Positions 61,501 through 64,000 of a DNA stretch of 64,000 bases are shown piece by piece. Under the pieces are notes generated by a model. It did not search any database and was not told the origin of the DNA. It saw only the letters and a list, made by a program, of their open reading frames with translations. Made by a program: the position numbers and the translations under genes. Within the stretch, counting starts at the first letter, position 1, and each line of letters starts with the position of its first letter. This stretch comes from Pocillopora damicornis (lineage: Eukaryota), in contig NW_020845389.1 in assembly GCF_003704095.1 (NCBI RefSeq), forward strand, positions 1 through 64,000. Direction: 5' to 3'.

Positions 61501-63436
61501 AAGAAAACTAGGACCCTAAAACACACTGACAAAAGCCCTGCATACAGATATTTTTTAAACTTTTTCAAAAAACCTGTTCTGAGGACCTTTATTCTGCTAG
61601 CTTGAAATTGGTTTACCACGAAAAAACTCATGTTCTCTTTGCAAATTGTCCTCTTGTTGAAAGGTTACAATCATAGCAACACAAAATGCTTTTGTTTTGC
61701 AGCACAACAAAGTCAACAAGCCAGTGCCTTCTTTTTTAAATTTGTGGTTCTTGAAATAATTAATTACTGATATCAATAAAAGCAGACCATTATACCTGGC
61801 TATTTGCTCTTCAAGGTCCTCTTGTTGCTTTTTTATCTTAGGTGGGGCAGGCCTTGCACTGCTTGGTCTTGCCATACTACGACTGTTCATTAGAAAGAAA
61901 TTTGATGTTAAGCAATCTCAGTAGTATAGCATTGTAGAACAAACAAGCTCAAAAAGAATCATTTAAAGGTAACTCTGACCACAAAGGGGCAGAACATAGA
62001 GCTCTAGCCCTCACCAAAAAGTTTGAAGGGGACATGACTCTCTCATTTCAGTGTGGAATTGATCTTAATCAAAGCATCAAATTGGTTCGGTAAATAATTC
62101 TAACTTCTGTTTTTTGTAATCAAAACAATCCATAAAGGTCACATTTAGCCTGAGTAACAAAACCATTCTCCTAACTAAACAGATGCAGGTAGGTAAGGGT
62201 ACCGGTAAACCTCCTTTCTTTCATACCTTTTTATAACTTGAGGAGGGAGGTCTTCATCATGTAATACCCCATTCATTTGCTCAGTTGGTCTGGGTTGTTC
62301 ATCTGTATTTGCACCTAAAGGAAACAAAGAAAATTGGTTATGAACCAAAAACTATGTTTAGTTGATCTTGGTGCTATCAGTATATACAACTTCTTCATAT
62401 AAAGTATAGAGATGAAAGTTCCTGAGGTACTCTTCTTGACTCAGCATTTTGGGATTCCTTCTGAAGAAGTTTGCTGATAGAATACTGATAAAAAAAACCC
62501 ACCATTTCAATTTTTGAAATCAGTTTTCTCCAAGAGGTAGGAATATAAAACCCACATTGTCAAAATCATGGCTATTTTGTCAGCCATCCCACAATAAACA
62601 TAAGAACTACCAGCAGTTTCAGTGGTATATCAACAACAAAAAATTATTGTTAAAGAGCAAACTCTAGATAAATACTGTATAAAAAATGCCACTCTCAAAG
62701 CAGTCCACCCAGAAAATGGAAAACTTTCTGTTTCTGGTAATCAAAGATAACAATTTAATACACATCATTGCACATCTCTGCCACTACCTACCATCACTTT
62801 CACTATCTTGAAGATCTGAAACACAAATTATAAATATTAATGATTGGGCACAAAAAAGTAGTCACTGACAGCAACTTAAACTGTTACTTCACGGCTAATA
62901 CAAAAGACCAATAAATATTATACACCATGGGACCACATTTTCGTGTCACGACTATTTTGATTTTTTCCAAAAGCAGAGGAATATAACTGATTAAGAAAAA
63001 CTCTAGGCATATCCTTAAATGGGCTCCTTTGGAATGCAGTTTCTGCCTTCAGCAACATGTTCTACCCTAACAAAGCCAAGTGCACTACACTACTAAAGGA
63101 AAATGTGATCCCCAGCCACTTTATATCCATTTTTCTCTGTTTCATCAGTTAAGTTCATTCTGACGTTTGACTTTTCTAACTATTGTACCACCAATGTCCA
63201 AGTAAGACTTGGGGTGCAAAATCAACAAAGTCCATTACAATAAGGTGTATTTCCAACTCAGAAGTACATTTTTCAAATAACCCTTAAATCTAATGGCACT
63301 GTGAACACTTCGTCTGATATGATAAATATTGTTTTCTTTCACACACAAGCATACCCTCTCCCTCCCCTGATGGTCGGCGTCTCTGACCTTTAGCAGAGGA
63401 TGGTCTTGGAATGCGATTTGCTGGCGCCTCTCCATT
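58527..63436 (-). CDS. TRAF3IP1: TRAF3-interacting protein 1 / IFT54 (3' part; 5' exons lie beyond the window)
   Basis: Exons 63436-63355, ~62815-62792, 62314-62227, 61882-61796, 61310-61193, 60766-60727, 60328-60252, 59857-59792, 59701-59624, 59067-58982, 58803-58734, 58619-58527. Motifs [68 protein letters not shown] and [21 protein letters not shown]. Confidence 0.93.
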
Positions 63437-64000
63437 CTACAAGAAGAGAGATAAAAATAAATCAACAGATCCTCTTCCAAAAAGACTGCTCAAGATCACC
63501 AAATATTAATTTTAAAAACAAGAAATTCACGAAATTAACATTCAAGTTAACACCCTCTGTTTGGTAATCTTAAATTAATTTAACTAGTTGCTGACTGGCT
63601 AGTAAATTTTTTCCAAGAATTAAAAGAATAACTTCATTTATATGTTTATGGGTTGAGCAATGTTAGGTCAATCCTACCAATCAAAAACCTTATTTTTCCA
63701 TGGCAATTTAATTCCCCTGTTTTTCTCATAGCTAAGATTGTCCCGAGTCACTGTAACTTTGCCATTAAAAAAGAAAAATTTGCATCAGAAAAGTAAGGGT
63801 TGCTGATCTGAAAAGATATAATTTGCCATGGAAAAGTAAGTTTTGCCCGATAAAGAAGTTTTGTCCATGGCAGATGGGACACTGGATATACTGTTGTATG
63901 TGGTATACCCAGTCAAACAAATACCCACAGGTAACTACTATTTTGCTATGAGGTCTGATTTTTCTTATGGTAAATTTTTAATCTCTATCACCACTTTGGA

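Noticed and set aside
63686-63842. Inverted repeat around ccatgg in a TRAF3IP1 intron
   Set aside because: It looks like an ordinary decayed foldback element with no further signal.
1-64000. CRISPR arrays, operons or bacterial contamination (prompted by the AlkD gene)
   Set aside because: The window is spliced eukaryotic DNA. AlkD is embedded without a gap between host genes, and no repeat-spacer arrays were seen.

Overview
AT-rich, intron-rich animal genomic DNA. The repeat families, short introns and gene content suggest a cnidarian, probably a scleractinian coral (inference). There are two assembly gaps (6577-6676, 57655-57841). Genes were assembled by hand from splice sites and translation. 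Left to right: a probable non-coding first exon of a gene leaving the window on the left (-); tRNA-Pro(AGG) (-); glycyl-tRNA synthetase GARS (-), with two in-frame starts, one U12 intron and exon(s) lost in a gap; an intronless AlkD-type DNA glycosylase (+), head-to-head with GARS; three tandem, diverged NDUFA4/COXFA4 paralogues (-); MRPL45 (+); BZW/5MP (-); ACBD4/5 (+); a SPO16/C1orf146 homologue with a C-terminal HhH-like extension behind a second U12 intron (-); and the 3' half of TRAF3IP1/IFT54 (-). Introns carry about 28 copies of a ~200-bp TTAA/CCC-ended MITE, other MITEs and SINE fragments, and Penelope-type minimal hammerhead ribozyme motifs. The best candidate for an undescribed system is the NDUFA4 triplet. 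One copy looks constitutive and two look inducible (TATA-like, CRE and RCGTG-rich promoters, CpG-rich bodies), suggesting a complex IV subunit swap that arose independently of the vertebrate NDUFA4/NDUFA4L2/C15orf48 set.
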